DNA of 64,000 bases, from NCBI GenBank assembly GCA_963790305.1, contig CAWBOC010000007.1:214525-278524 (forward strand), in the 5' to 3' direction. The stretch's first letter is position 1; every line of letters begins with the position of its first letter. The notes beneath the pieces are model-generated. The model was not told the DNA's origin, did no database searches, and saw nothing but the letters and a program-made list of their open reading frames with translations. The DNA is from an uncultured Gemmatimonadaceae bacterium. GTDB lineage: Bacteria; Gemmatimonadota; Gemmatimonadetes; Gemmatimonadales; Gemmatimonadaceae. Below are positions 55,841 to 64,000 of the stretch, in pieces. The position numbers and the translations under genes were made by a program.

Positions 55841-58800
55841 CGAGCTTGGGTCGGTCATTCGCGACGTTCGCCGACGTTGGCGGCTGAGACTGGCACTTCG
55901 GGGCCTCACGTGGGTCGTCGGTGCGGCCGCGGTGACGCTTCTGATTGCCTCGTTCGGCATGGAGCGGCTCGGCTTCACGCCCCAGTCCATTCTGGTGGCG
56001 CGAGTGGTGGCATACCTCGCCATCCTTGGTATCGCGCTGGTGTTTCTGGTCCGGCCACTCGTCAGGCGCGTCCCCGATCAGCGCGTCGCGCTCTATCTCG
56101 AGGAGCATGAGCCCACCCTCGACGCCGCCGTCGTCAGCGCGGTGGAACAGCGGGAGATGCGGGCTGCACGCGTACCGCAGTCGGAAGCGCTGGCGAAGGG
56201 AGTTGCCGCCTCGGCGTTGGCGCGCCTTCGCGCGGTTGAGCGCGGCCGGCGTGTCGAGCGCCGCGAGCTTCAGCGCGGGTCGGCAGTGCTTGGCGCGGTG
56301 CTGCTTGCCGTCATCGTGCTGATTCTCGCTGGCCCGGCGTTTCTGCGACACGGCGCGCGTGCCCTGTTCGCTCCCTGGCGGTCCGCGGAAGCGGCAATGC
56401 CGTACACGGTACAGGTCGCACCAGGCGACACGACGATTCCGCGCGGCGGCGATCTCGAGGTGCACGCCCGCCTCGGCGGCTTCAATGCCGAAGAGGCGAC
56501 GCTTGTTGCGACACGCGGCGCTGGCGAAGCCGAACGGATTGCCATGCCGCGCGGCGCCGACTCGGCGCAGTTCACCATTCGACTCTTCGATCTCGACCAG
56601 CAGACCGAGTACTACGTGGAGGCGGGCCCAGTGCGGTCGCCCGCCTTCCGCATTGCCGTTGCCGATCTGCCGTCGGTGAAGCAGATCGATTTGGAGTACC
56701 GCTATCCCGACTACACGCGCCTCGCCCCGCACCGGGTGGAGGATGGCGGTGACATCGCTGCGGTGCGTGCGACCAAGGTGACCGTCGAGATCACGTCGAC
56801 GATTGCGACGACGGCGGGTCGCATCCTCCTCGATGGAAAGGACACGATTCCTCTGGCACCCGGCGACAGCGGACGGCTCGCGGGCGAGATCACGGTGTCG
56901 CGTAGCGGCTTCTACAAGGTAGAGCTCGCCGACGCCGCCGGCCGATACATTCCCGCCTCGCTCGACTACGCGATCGACATGCTGGATGACGGTGCGCCGT
57001 CGGTCTCGATCACGAAGCCAGGGCGCGACGCGAAGGTGTCGTCGCTCGAGGAAGTCTTCATCGAGGCGCGCGCCGAGGATGACTTCGGCGTGCAGCGACT
57101 CGAGCTCGTCTATTCGGTGAATGGAGGGGAGGAGAAGAAGGTACCACTGCATGGCGGCCGCGGGCTGAAGGAAGTCTCCGCCGGACACACGTTGTATCTC
57201 GAGGAGATGACCCTCGAGCCCGGTGACGTGATCTCCTACTTCGCGCGCGCCACGGATGCGGATCGGGCCGGGGCGAAGACGGCGACGACCGACATCTACT
57301 TTCTCGAGATTCGGCCCTTCAACCGCGAGTATCGTCAGGCCGAGCAGGCGGGCGGTGCGGGAACGTCGCGTGGTGACGCCGCGGCCGGTGCCTTGTCGCA
57401 GCGGCAGCGTGAGATCATCGCCGCGACCTTCAAGGTCGTCCGCGACCGGGCGGCGACGTCGGACAAGGAGACGCGCGAGAACATCTCGACGATCCTGCTG
57501 TCGCAGGGCCGCCTGCGCGAGCAGGTGGCGACGCTCGAGCAGCGGCTAAAGCAGCGCGGGGTGCTTGGAGCGGATTCGACGATGGAGAAGATCGCTGCCG
57601 AGCTGCCGCAGGCGATCGCGGCGATGAAGGAGGTCGAAGAGCGCCTGGCCCGGCGCGAGGCGAGCGATGCGCTGCCTCACGAGCAGAAGGCGCTGCAGCA
57701 TCTACAGCGCGCAGAGGCGGCGTATCGCGAGGTGCAGGTGAGCTTCGAGGGGCAGCCTGGCGGCGGTGGTGGCGGCGAGCAGCCGAACGCCGAGGATCTG
57801 GCCGATCTCTTCGAGCTGGAGAACGACAAGCTGCGCAACCAGTACGAGCAGGTGGAGCGCGGCGAGCGCGAGCAGGCCGATCGCAGCGTCGATGAGACGC
57901 TCGAGCGTCTTCGCCAGCTTGCGGCCCGTCAGCAGCAGGAAGCGGAGCGCATGCGCGCGCGCGCCGAGCAGATGTCGCGCTCGGGGACCGGTGGTGGGTC
58001 GCAGCGTCAGCTGGCGGAGGAGACGGAGGAGCTGGCGCGTCAGCTCGAGCGTCTGGCGCGCGAGCAGTCGTCGCAGGAGCTGAGCGAAGCGGCGCGTCGG
58101 CTCAAGGACGCCGCGAACGCAATGCGCCGCTCGGCCACCGGGCAGGGCGATCAATCGACGGCCGAGGCCGCGGCTGCGCTAAGGCGTCTGGAGGAAGCGC
58201 GTCGTCGATTGGACGAAGGGAGGACGTCGCGGCTCGAGCGCGACGCGCGCGATCTCGTGCAGCGTGCGGAGCGTCTGGCGGAGGAGCAGCGCGACGTCGC
58301 GCGTGATGTAGAGGAGCTGCGCGCGGGTGACAATCGTGAGCTCGGAGCGTCGACGCGTCTCATGCAGCGCAAGGACGCGATGGCGAACGAGGTGGCGGAC
58401 ATCGAGTCGCGTCTGGATCGCATGTCGGCGGAAGCGCGGCGGGAGCAGCGCGAGGCATCGCGCAAGCTGCAAGAGGCGGCGAACGCGATTCGCGAGAGCC
58501 GTCTGCGCGAGCGGATTCTGTTCTCGAAGGGCGTGGTGCAGGGCGGATCGCCGGAGTACGCGCGCAGTATGGAGGAGCAGATCGGCAGCTCGGTGGAGGA
58601 TGTGAAGAAGCGGATCGAGGAAGCCGCGGGCGCGGTGCGCGAGCCGAGTGATAGACGTGCGGGGCGTGCGCTGGACCGCGCGCGTGATATCGCGCGTGGG
58701 CTGGAGTCGTTGGAGGAGAGGGCGAGAGAGGGTGCTCAGGGTGCTCCGGGTGCTCAGGGCCGGGAGGGACAACAGGGCCGGGAGGGACAACAAGGCCAGC

Positions 58801-59300
58801 AGGGTCAAGAAGGCCAGCAGGGACAACAGGGACAGGAGGGGCAACAAGGACAGGGCCAAGGCGGTCGGGAGGGCAGCCCGACGGCCTCGTCAGGCGGCGG
58901 GCAGGGTGCGCGTGTCGGCGGCGGGCGCAATCTGACGCCGGAGCAGATCCGTCAGTTCTCGCGGGAGTATCGCGAGCGGCGTGCGGACGCGGAGGCGTTG
59001 CGCCGGGAGCTCTCGCGTGAGGGAGTGGACGTGTCGCAGCTCGACCGGATGATCGCGCAGCTGCGCGCGTTGGAGTCGGCGCGCGTGTACAGCGATGCGG
59101 AGGAGCTGCAGCGGTTGCAGAGCGCGGTGGTCGAGGGCTTCAAGGGGTTCGAGTTCGCGCTGCGGCGTGCAATGGAGGGTGACCTGACGGACCGTCCGCT
59201 GCTCGGCGGGACGTCGGACGTGCCGGCGGAGTATCGGAAGATGGTGGAGGAGTACTACAAGGCGTTGGCGCGGCGAGAGGCGGCGTCGCAGAAGCGGTAG
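55833..59300 (+). CDS. large membrane-anchored Ig-like/coiled-coil protein (DUF4175-like)
   Basis: N-terminal TM helices, A.DDFGV, long heptads, GQQG repeats, VPAEYRKMVEEYYK.L. Confidence 0.75.
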   Translation: MHDELGSVIRDVRRRWRLRLALRGLTWVVGAAAVTLLIASFGMERLGFTPQSILVARVVAYLAILGIALVFLVRPLVRRVPDQRVALYLEEHEPTLDAAVVSAVEQREMRAARVPQSEALAKGVAASALARLRAVERGRRVERRELQRGSAVLGAVLLAVIVLILAGPAFLRHGARALFAPWRSAEAAMPYTVQVAPGDTTIPRGGDLEVHARLGGFNAEEATLVATRGAGEAERIAMPRGADSAQFTIRLFDLDQQTEYYVEAGPVRSPAFRIAVADLPSVKQIDLEYRYPDYTRLAPHRVEDGGDIAAVRATKVTVEITSTIATTAGRILLDGKDTIPLAPGDSGRLAGEITVSRSGFYKVELADAAGRYIPASLDYAIDMLDDGAPSVSITKPGRDAKVSSLEEVFIEARAEDDFGVQRLELVYSVNGGEEKKVPLHGGRGLKEVSAGHTLYLEEMTLEPGDVISYFARATDADRAGAKTATTDIYFLEIRPFNREYRQAEQAGGAGTSRGDAAAGALSQRQREIIAATFKVVRDRAATSDKETRENISTILLSQGRLREQVATLEQRLKQRGVLGADSTMEKIAAELPQAIAAMKEVEERLARREASDALPHEQKALQHLQRAEAAYREVQVSFEGQPGGGGGGEQPNAEDLADLFELENDKLRNQYEQVERGEREQADRSVDETLERLRQLAARQQQEAERMRARAEQMSRSGTGGGSQRQLAEETEELARQLERLAREQSSQELSEAARRLKDAANAMRRSATGQGDQSTAEAAAALRRLEEARRRLDEGRTSRLERDARDLVQRAERLAEEQRDVARDVEELRAGDNRELGASTRLMQRKDAMANEVADIESRLDRMSAEARREQREASRKLQEAANAIRESRLRERILFSKGVVQGGSPEYARSMEEQIGSSVEDVKKRIEEAAGAVREPSDRRAGRALDRARDIARGLESLEERAREGAQGAPGAQGREGQQGREGQQGQQGQEGQQGQQGQEGQQGQGQGGREGSPTASSGGGQGARVGGGRNLTPEQIRQFSREYRERRADAEALRRELSREGVDVSQLDRMIAQLRALESARVYSDAEELQRLQSAVVEGFKGFEFALRRAMEGDLTDRPLLGGTSDVPAEYRKMVEEYYKALARREAASQKR

Positions 59301-59548
59301 GTTGTGTTTTCGGAGGAGAGGTTCGGTGTGGGGGGTCGGGGCGTGCGGGTGCGTTGGGGCGTTGTGCTGCCGCGTGCAATGGAAGGATACGTTTTCTGTT
59401 ATTCCATCGCTGTGCGCGGCGTTTCGTGTGGGAATACTTTGGTACACCGGGGGTAGCCTGCGCTCCGGTCAGTACTTCGGCAATGGTGTCCGATAATGAA
59501 CACAGCGGGCTACGCGGTGTTTGTCGCCGAAATTGCTGCAGAATATGC

Positions 59549-59555
59549 GTTATGC
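59549..59555 (+). mobile_element. integron core site GTTRRRY (attI-like or previous attC R')
   Basis: GTTATGC, the exact complement of R'' GCATAAC at 59873. Confidence 0.6.
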
Positions 59556-59589
59556 CGAGCACTGAGATCACGAAAGTGAGAGAGCCGCG

Positions 59590-59856
59590 ATGCGTATTGC
59601 CTCTTGGCGCTGGTGGCAGCTCGGACTCTTCTGGTTTCTCGCGCTCGTACTGGCGTTCGCGCTTTTGCAGCTTGCGATCGCGAGAAGATACCCGCGCGGA
59701 TTCTTCTGGCTCATTCCCTACCCGCACTGGCGCGCGCTGCCGGGACTCGCGGGATGGCTCCGCCAGGAACTCCCGCTGGCTTTCTACGGGTTCGCGCTGG
59801 TTGCGGTCACCGTGCTGAGCGTCACTCTCTACTGGGCTGCCACTCGCGGGAGATAG
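59590..59856 (+). CDS. gene-cassette small membrane protein
   Basis: two TM helices; bounded by a core site and an attC. Confidence 0.6.
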   Translation: MRIASWRWWQLGLFWFLALVLAFALLQLAIARRYPRGFFWLIPYPHWRALPGLAGWLRQELPLAFYGFALVAVTVLSVTLYWAATRGR

Positions 59857-59872
59857 CGGCGACGCACCGCCG

Positions 59873-60009
59873 GCATAACTAGCTGTTGCAACTGGCAGGC
59901 GCGAGTGTTGATGAAGCCATCGTGACTGAACCCCTTAAAGTGCAACGGCAGCGGCGCGCTTTCGCGCGCCTTTGAGGAAGTCGCCTGCAGTTGAACGCTG
60001 GCGTTCTGC
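59873..60009 (+). mobile_element. attC site (137 bp)
   Basis: R'' GCATAAC-N5-L'' GTTGCAAC ... L' GTTGAAC-N6-R' GTTCTGC, with two extrahelical bases. Confidence 0.85.
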
Positions 60010-60057
60010 AGCGACAAAGTTCTCACGACGGCGAGATTATTGCGCCTTGAGAGCTGA

Positions 60058-60086
60058 GCGCCGCAGCTAAACTCCGGGCATTAGCC
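60058..60086 (+). mobile_element. 3' half of a degraded attC site
   Basis: GCGCCGCAGCTAAAC-N7-ATTAGCC. Confidence 0.65.
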
Positions 60087-60097
60087 AGGGGATCGAT

Positions 60098-60664
60098 ATG
60101 GAACTGATGCGTCGCAGAGTTGAGGTAGCGTCAGAGCTCGACCGTCCTCCATGGGCGGAACGACAGTTCAGCTTTGTCCATCCGCCATGGATGCTCGCCG
60201 ACTTCATTGAGCGACTTCGCGGCACGGTGCCTCGACTGGAAGCGCTTGTCTTGGACGTGAATGATGCTGACGCCCATCGGCAGGTTGAGGGAAAGTGGTC
60301 CATCGCTCAGAACATCGGGCACCTCTCGGACGTGGAGGAGTTGTGGCAGGAACGGCTGGATGACTTGAGGAAGGGCAAGAAGACCTACTCTCCGGCCGTG
60401 GGTGCACGCTTTCAGGAACTGGCGAAGAGGCACCAGGCGTCACCGATCAAGGAGATCATCAGAGAACTGAAGGATCGTCGCTCTCTCCTTGTTGATGCAC
60501 TCGCGAAGGCGTCGCCAGAACTTCAGCAGGCGTCTGCTTTTCATGAACGCCTTCAAGTGCCGATGCGCCTCGTCGACTGCGCTCAGTTCTATTCAGAGCA
60601 CGACGACCATCACCTTCTGCGCATCCGAAGACTGCGCTCCATGCTTGCTGGGGACGCTGGCTAA
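60098..60664 (+). CDS. gene-cassette DinB family protein
   Basis: GKWSI.QNIGHL.DVE, EHDDHHL; stop codon lies within R'' GGCTAAC. Confidence 0.85.
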   Translation: MELMRRRVEVASELDRPPWAERQFSFVHPPWMLADFIERLRGTVPRLEALVLDVNDADAHRQVEGKWSIAQNIGHLSDVEELWQERLDDLRKGKKTYSPAVGARFQELAKRHQASPIKEIIRELKDRRSLLVDALAKASPELQQASAFHERLQVPMRLVDCAQFYSEHDDHHLLRIRRLRSMLAGDAG

Positions 60665-60690
60665 CATGCCGTTGCACCTGACAGGGCGCA
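60659..60690 (+). mobile_element. 5' half of an attC site (3' half degenerate)
   Basis: GGCTAAC-ATGCC-GTTGCACCTGACAGGGCG. Confidence 0.65.
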
Positions 60691-60792
60691 CGCGATCCGA
60701 CAGAGGACGATACGAAAGGTGGGCCGCCGACGCGGCACGTTCGTCGACCTGATGGCCCCCTGCGTGATGCACGCCGGACACAGGTCGTGAGC

Positions 60793-63495
60793 TCAACCCT
60801 CGTCCTTCAATGCCTCCGTCGGCTGAATGCGAAGCGCCCGTCGCGTCGGGACGATGCATGCGAGTGCACAGCACAGGATCGTCGACAGCACGAAGACCGC
60901 CGCGTTGCCCAAAACATCGAGATGCACCTCCGACAGGTCGTCGTTAGCGAGACCGAACCCCAGGATTGCACCTACGCCAATGCCCAGCGCCATCTGAACG
61001 AGTGGGCGCTTGAAGACGACAGTCAGCACGTCGAGCGGCTGCGCGCCGAGCGCGACGCGCACACCGATCTCCCGCGTCCGCCTGGCGACGGCGAAGGCGG
61101 TCACCGCATAGACACCGGCGAGCGACAACATCAGCGTCACTCCCGTCAGGCCGACCAGGAGCTCGAACCCGTACGCCAATGCCGCGGAATCGGGATCCAC
61201 CAGAAGGGGCAGCGGTTTCGGATCGATCACGCGGAGCGCGGGATCGGTCGCCTGCGCGAGCTCGCGGAGACGCACCGCAAAACGCTGCGGATCGCCGCGA
61301 ACGTGAATGGCGACTCGAAGCGGCCCGGTCTCACGCGGCAGCGTCGCCTGATAGATGCGGGTACGGTCGTAAGAGGTCCCGTCGCTGACGCTGAGATCGG
61401 GCACGACACCGACGATCTCATACCACGATTCGGCGGTGGGTTCGCCAGTTGATGAGAAGTGAAACCGGCGGCCAATGGGATTTCGGCCGCCCAGTATCTC
61501 ATCGACGAAAGTCTCGTTCACGAGCACGGCACGCGTCCGCTGTTCCGCGTCGGCCGTCGTCAACGCCCGGCCGCGGATCACGGGCGCACCGACCACGTCG
61601 AAGAATCGCGGATCGACGGACACGAACCCGACGCAGTGGTAGCCCGCCGCACAGCGTTCACTCTGCTCAGCGGCCGGACCCGGGTCCATCTTGATGAAGT
61701 GCCGCCCTTCCGTCAGCTGCGGCATTTGATCGGCGTACGTGACGTCCAATACGCCTGGGTCCTGTCGGAGCCGGTCGGCGAGCGCGCGGTAGCGTGCTTC
61801 GAGCCGCGCCGCACGCACCGCCGGCACCGTGTCTCCACTCGCCGCGACGCCGTCGAAGCGATCCATTTCGAGCGTGGCCGTGAGAAATGCCTCGGCCGGG
61901 AATCCTGCGGGCGTGTCGTTCCCGATGGCCCCTCCCAGGCCGAGCAGCGGCCACGGAAGCAGCGTCGTGAACGCAATCTGCGCGACGATGACCGCGGTCC
62001 ACACGCCGCCGAACTGCAACCCGCCGCCGCCGCTCGACGCAGCTCGGAGCCTGGCACCAGCACCACCCGACGTCACTTTGAAGGCGGGAACGAAGCCGGC
62101 GATCGCCGCCGCGAACAATGTCAGCAGAGCGGCATACAGAATCGCGGTCAACGAAACCGAAGTGTCGATATAGAACGGCAACGGACCCGTTTGCCCTTCG
62201 ATCATCGTCCAGGTCCGCGCGAGCACGAAGCGCGCAACCATCAGACCAACCACCGCGCCAACGGCGCAGAGCACGAGCGCCTCGGCAAAGAGTTGCATGA
62301 TGAGGCGCCCACGGCTGGCGCCGAGTGCGGCGCGAACCAGGAGCTCCCGCTCTCGACTGACGGCGCGGGCGAACAACAACATTGCGACGTTGCCGCACAA
62401 CAGCGCGCCCAACAGCACGAGGAACACGTTGATCGACGCCAGCCCCAACGCCGCCGCTTCTGGCAAATCACTGACAGCGTCGGGCAGAGAGAGGACTTGC
62501 AGGCGCACATTCTTGCGCGTCTCCGGAAACATGGTCGCTGCTCGGGCGCCGATCACCGCCACCTGGGCGGTCGCTTCCTCGCGTCGATGGCCCGGCGCCA
62601 GCCGCCCAAAGACATACCTCAGGCTCGGCGATGCCTCGGGAATCCGATCGAGATGCAACGGTCGCCAGACGCCGTTCCGCTGTGGAAATCCGTAGCCGCG
62701 CGGCATCACGCCGACGATCGTGACAGGCGTGCCGCTGATGCGAATGACGCGGCCGACGGCGTCTGCCGCGCCGTCCAGCTTGTTTTTCCAGAAGTCGTAT
62801 CCGACCACCACGACCTCTTCTGCGCCGCCCCGTTCATCGGCTTCCAGCAGCGTGCGTCCCATCAACGCCGGAACGCGCGTCAGCGCAAAGGTCGACGCGG
62901 TCACGTTGGCGACGGTCTCCGGCTGACCGGGGCCGGCGCCGACGGCGATGCTGCGTTCTTCCACCTCGACGGCGCTCAGATCGGTGATCGTGCTGAGACC
63001 GTCGCGCCACAGCTCGTAATCACGGCGCGATGCGGGGACCGACGCATTGTCGGCGACATTCCAGTTCCGCAATGCAACGATCGCGTTGCCGTCCGGAAGC
63101 GGAATCGTCGGCCAGAGCGCCTGTCGCGCGATCTCGAACCCGACGGTGCCGACGGCGATCGCGAACGCTACCGCAATCGTTGCGATCGCGGTGAGAGCCG
63201 GATGCTTGACCAGCATGCGTCCGCCGAGCTTGAGGTCGAGCACCGAGAACCGCAGACTATCGAAGGCGCGCAGACCGCGAGCCTCCCGTCCCACATCCTT
63301 ATAGTGTTCCGCGCTGCCGAACTCGAGCCGCGCCTGACGCGCGGCCTCAGCCGACGACATGCCGGAACGCACGAGATCCGCGGCGCGCAGCTCCATGTGC
63401 AGCCGGAACTCCTCGTTCATCTCCGCGTTCACGGCCTCCGTCCGGCGGACACCTCGCCAGAGCGAACGCGCGCGCGCGATGATTTCTGAGAACAT
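60793..63495 (-). CDS. duplicated orphan ABC permease (ADOP-like, FtsX/MacB)
   Basis: EE.R.H.E....D....G.S..EA.R.A..EFG prefix; two permease halves; RRTREIGVRVALGA. Confidence 0.9.
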   Translation of the reverse strand: MFSEIIARARSLWRGVRRTEAVNAEMNEEFRLHMELRAADLVRSGMSSAEAARQARLEFGSAEHYKDVGREARGLRAFDSLRFSVLDLKLGGRMLVKHPALTAIATIAVAFAIAVGTVGFEIARQALWPTIPLPDGNAIVALRNWNVADNASVPASRRDYELWRDGLSTITDLSAVEVEERSIAVGAGPGQPETVANVTASTFALTRVPALMGRTLLEADERGGAEEVVVVGYDFWKNKLDGAADAVGRVIRISGTPVTIVGVMPRGYGFPQRNGVWRPLHLDRIPEASPSLRYVFGRLAPGHRREEATAQVAVIGARAATMFPETRKNVRLQVLSLPDAVSDLPEAAALGLASINVFLVLLGALLCGNVAMLLFARAVSRERELLVRAALGASRGRLIMQLFAEALVLCAVGAVVGLMVARFVLARTWTMIEGQTGPLPFYIDTSVSLTAILYAALLTLFAAAIAGFVPAFKVTSGGAGARLRAASSGGGGLQFGGVWTAVIVAQIAFTTLLPWPLLGLGGAIGNDTPAGFPAEAFLTATLEMDRFDGVAASGDTVPAVRAARLEARYRALADRLRQDPGVLDVTYADQMPQLTEGRHFIKMDPGPAAEQSERCAAGYHCVGFVSVDPRFFDVVGAPVIRGRALTTADAEQRTRAVLVNETFVDEILGGRNPIGRRFHFSSTGEPTAESWYEIVGVVPDLSVSDGTSYDRTRIYQATLPRETGPLRVAIHVRGDPQRFAVRLRELAQATDPALRVIDPKPLPLLVDPDSAALAYGFELLVGLTGVTLMLSLAGVYAVTAFAVARRTREIGVRVALGAQPLDVLTVVFKRPLVQMALGIGVGAILGFGLANDDLSEVHLDVLGNAAVFVLSTILCCALACIVPTRRALRIQPTEALKDEG

Positions 63496-63507
63496 CAGCT
63501 ACGCCTC

Positions 63508-63529
63508 TCTCCTAATCATCTAAAGGAGA
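63508..63529. promoter_or_regulatory. candidate PadR operator overlapping the permease RBS
   Basis: TCTCCTAATCATCTAAAGGAGA imperfect palindrome. Confidence 0.55.
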
Positions 63530-63583
63530 ACAACGGACGCGGGCGAAAAAGTGTCAGCGGGGATTCCTGTCCCATCCCAGGCG

Positions 63584-63925
63584 TCAGATCTCCTGGGGCG
63601 TTGCTGCTAGCGCCCGTGCGATGGCCTCAGCCAGACGATTCCAACTCGCCGTCTCCTCGCCGAGCCGCTTCCGCCCGGCGGTGGTGAGTCGGTAGTACTT
63701 GGCCTTGCGGTTGTTGTCCGAGGTGCCCCACTCGCCGGCGATCAGCCCCTGGTGCTCCAGGCGGTAGAGCGCGGGATACAGCGCGCCCTGCTGGATCTGG
63801 AGCGCGCCGCCGGAGATCTGCTCGATGCGCAAGAGCACGCCGTAACCGTGCAATCTGCCGAGCGAGACGGCTTTCAGGATGAGCACGTCGAGGGTGCCGG
63901 GGAGGAGCCCTGCCTGGTCAGCCAC
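63584..63925 (-). CDS. PadR family regulator (Acidobacterial type)
   Basis: LLPGTLD.LIL, HGYG, GALYPALYRLE, NNRKAKYY.LT. Confidence 0.92.
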   Translation of the reverse strand: MADQAGLLPGTLDVLILKAVSLGRLHGYGVLLRIEQISGGALQIQQGALYPALYRLEHQGLIAGEWGTSDNNRKAKYYRLTTAGRKRLGEETASWNRLAEAIARALAATPQEI

Positions 63926-63930
63926 AGCCT

Positions 63931-63988
63931 TCTCCTATTGTGATTAGGAGAGAGATCATGTCCGGTCTCTCCTAAGCTGTCAAGGGGA
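63931..63988. promoter_or_regulatory. two candidate PadR operators
   Basis: TCTCCTATTGTGATTAGGAGA and TCTCCTAAGCTGTCAAGGGGA. Confidence 0.6.
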
Positions 63989-64000
63989 GTGTTCGTTCCC

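Noticed and set aside
58730..58870. GQQGREG repeat (and the DRDRD run at about 25430-25470) as DNA repeat elements
   Set aside because: In-frame low-complexity protein linkers with synonymous variation.

Overview
High-GC bacterial chromosomal window; the gene mix (ADOP permease with PadR, kinase-TPR fusion, tandem DUF4097, MoxR/DUF4159/Bat cluster) suggests Gemmatimonadota, by inference. It holds about 55 genes: DinB/ATL/stress genes, an AttEFGH-like ABC cluster, mntR with a deleted mntH remnant, an N6-methyltransferase + SNF2 helicase pair, an ECF sigma/anti-sigma/DUF4097 operon, an SOS mutagenesis cassette (SplB-like rSAM, rSAM-HhH, imuA, imuB, dnaE2), a 10-gene MoxR/vWA operon, and PadR-ADOP. 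Main signals beyond gene annotation: (1) four families of 7- or 9-bp tandem repeats forming inverted hairpins at gene junctions, one copy of which encloses a four-helix-bundle (IVP/Avd-like) gene, a candidate element with loaded and empty copies; (2) a shared CTTCGGT-N3-TGTTCGGTA box at two SOS promoters; (3) an integrase-free integron cassette array (attC); (4) an over-represented CGTTAGG motif; (5) sigma54-type promoters on stress-type genes. About seven +1 frameshifts are most likely sequencing errors. No rRNA, tRNA or CRISPR array was seen. All family calls come from motif recognition by eye, not database searches.
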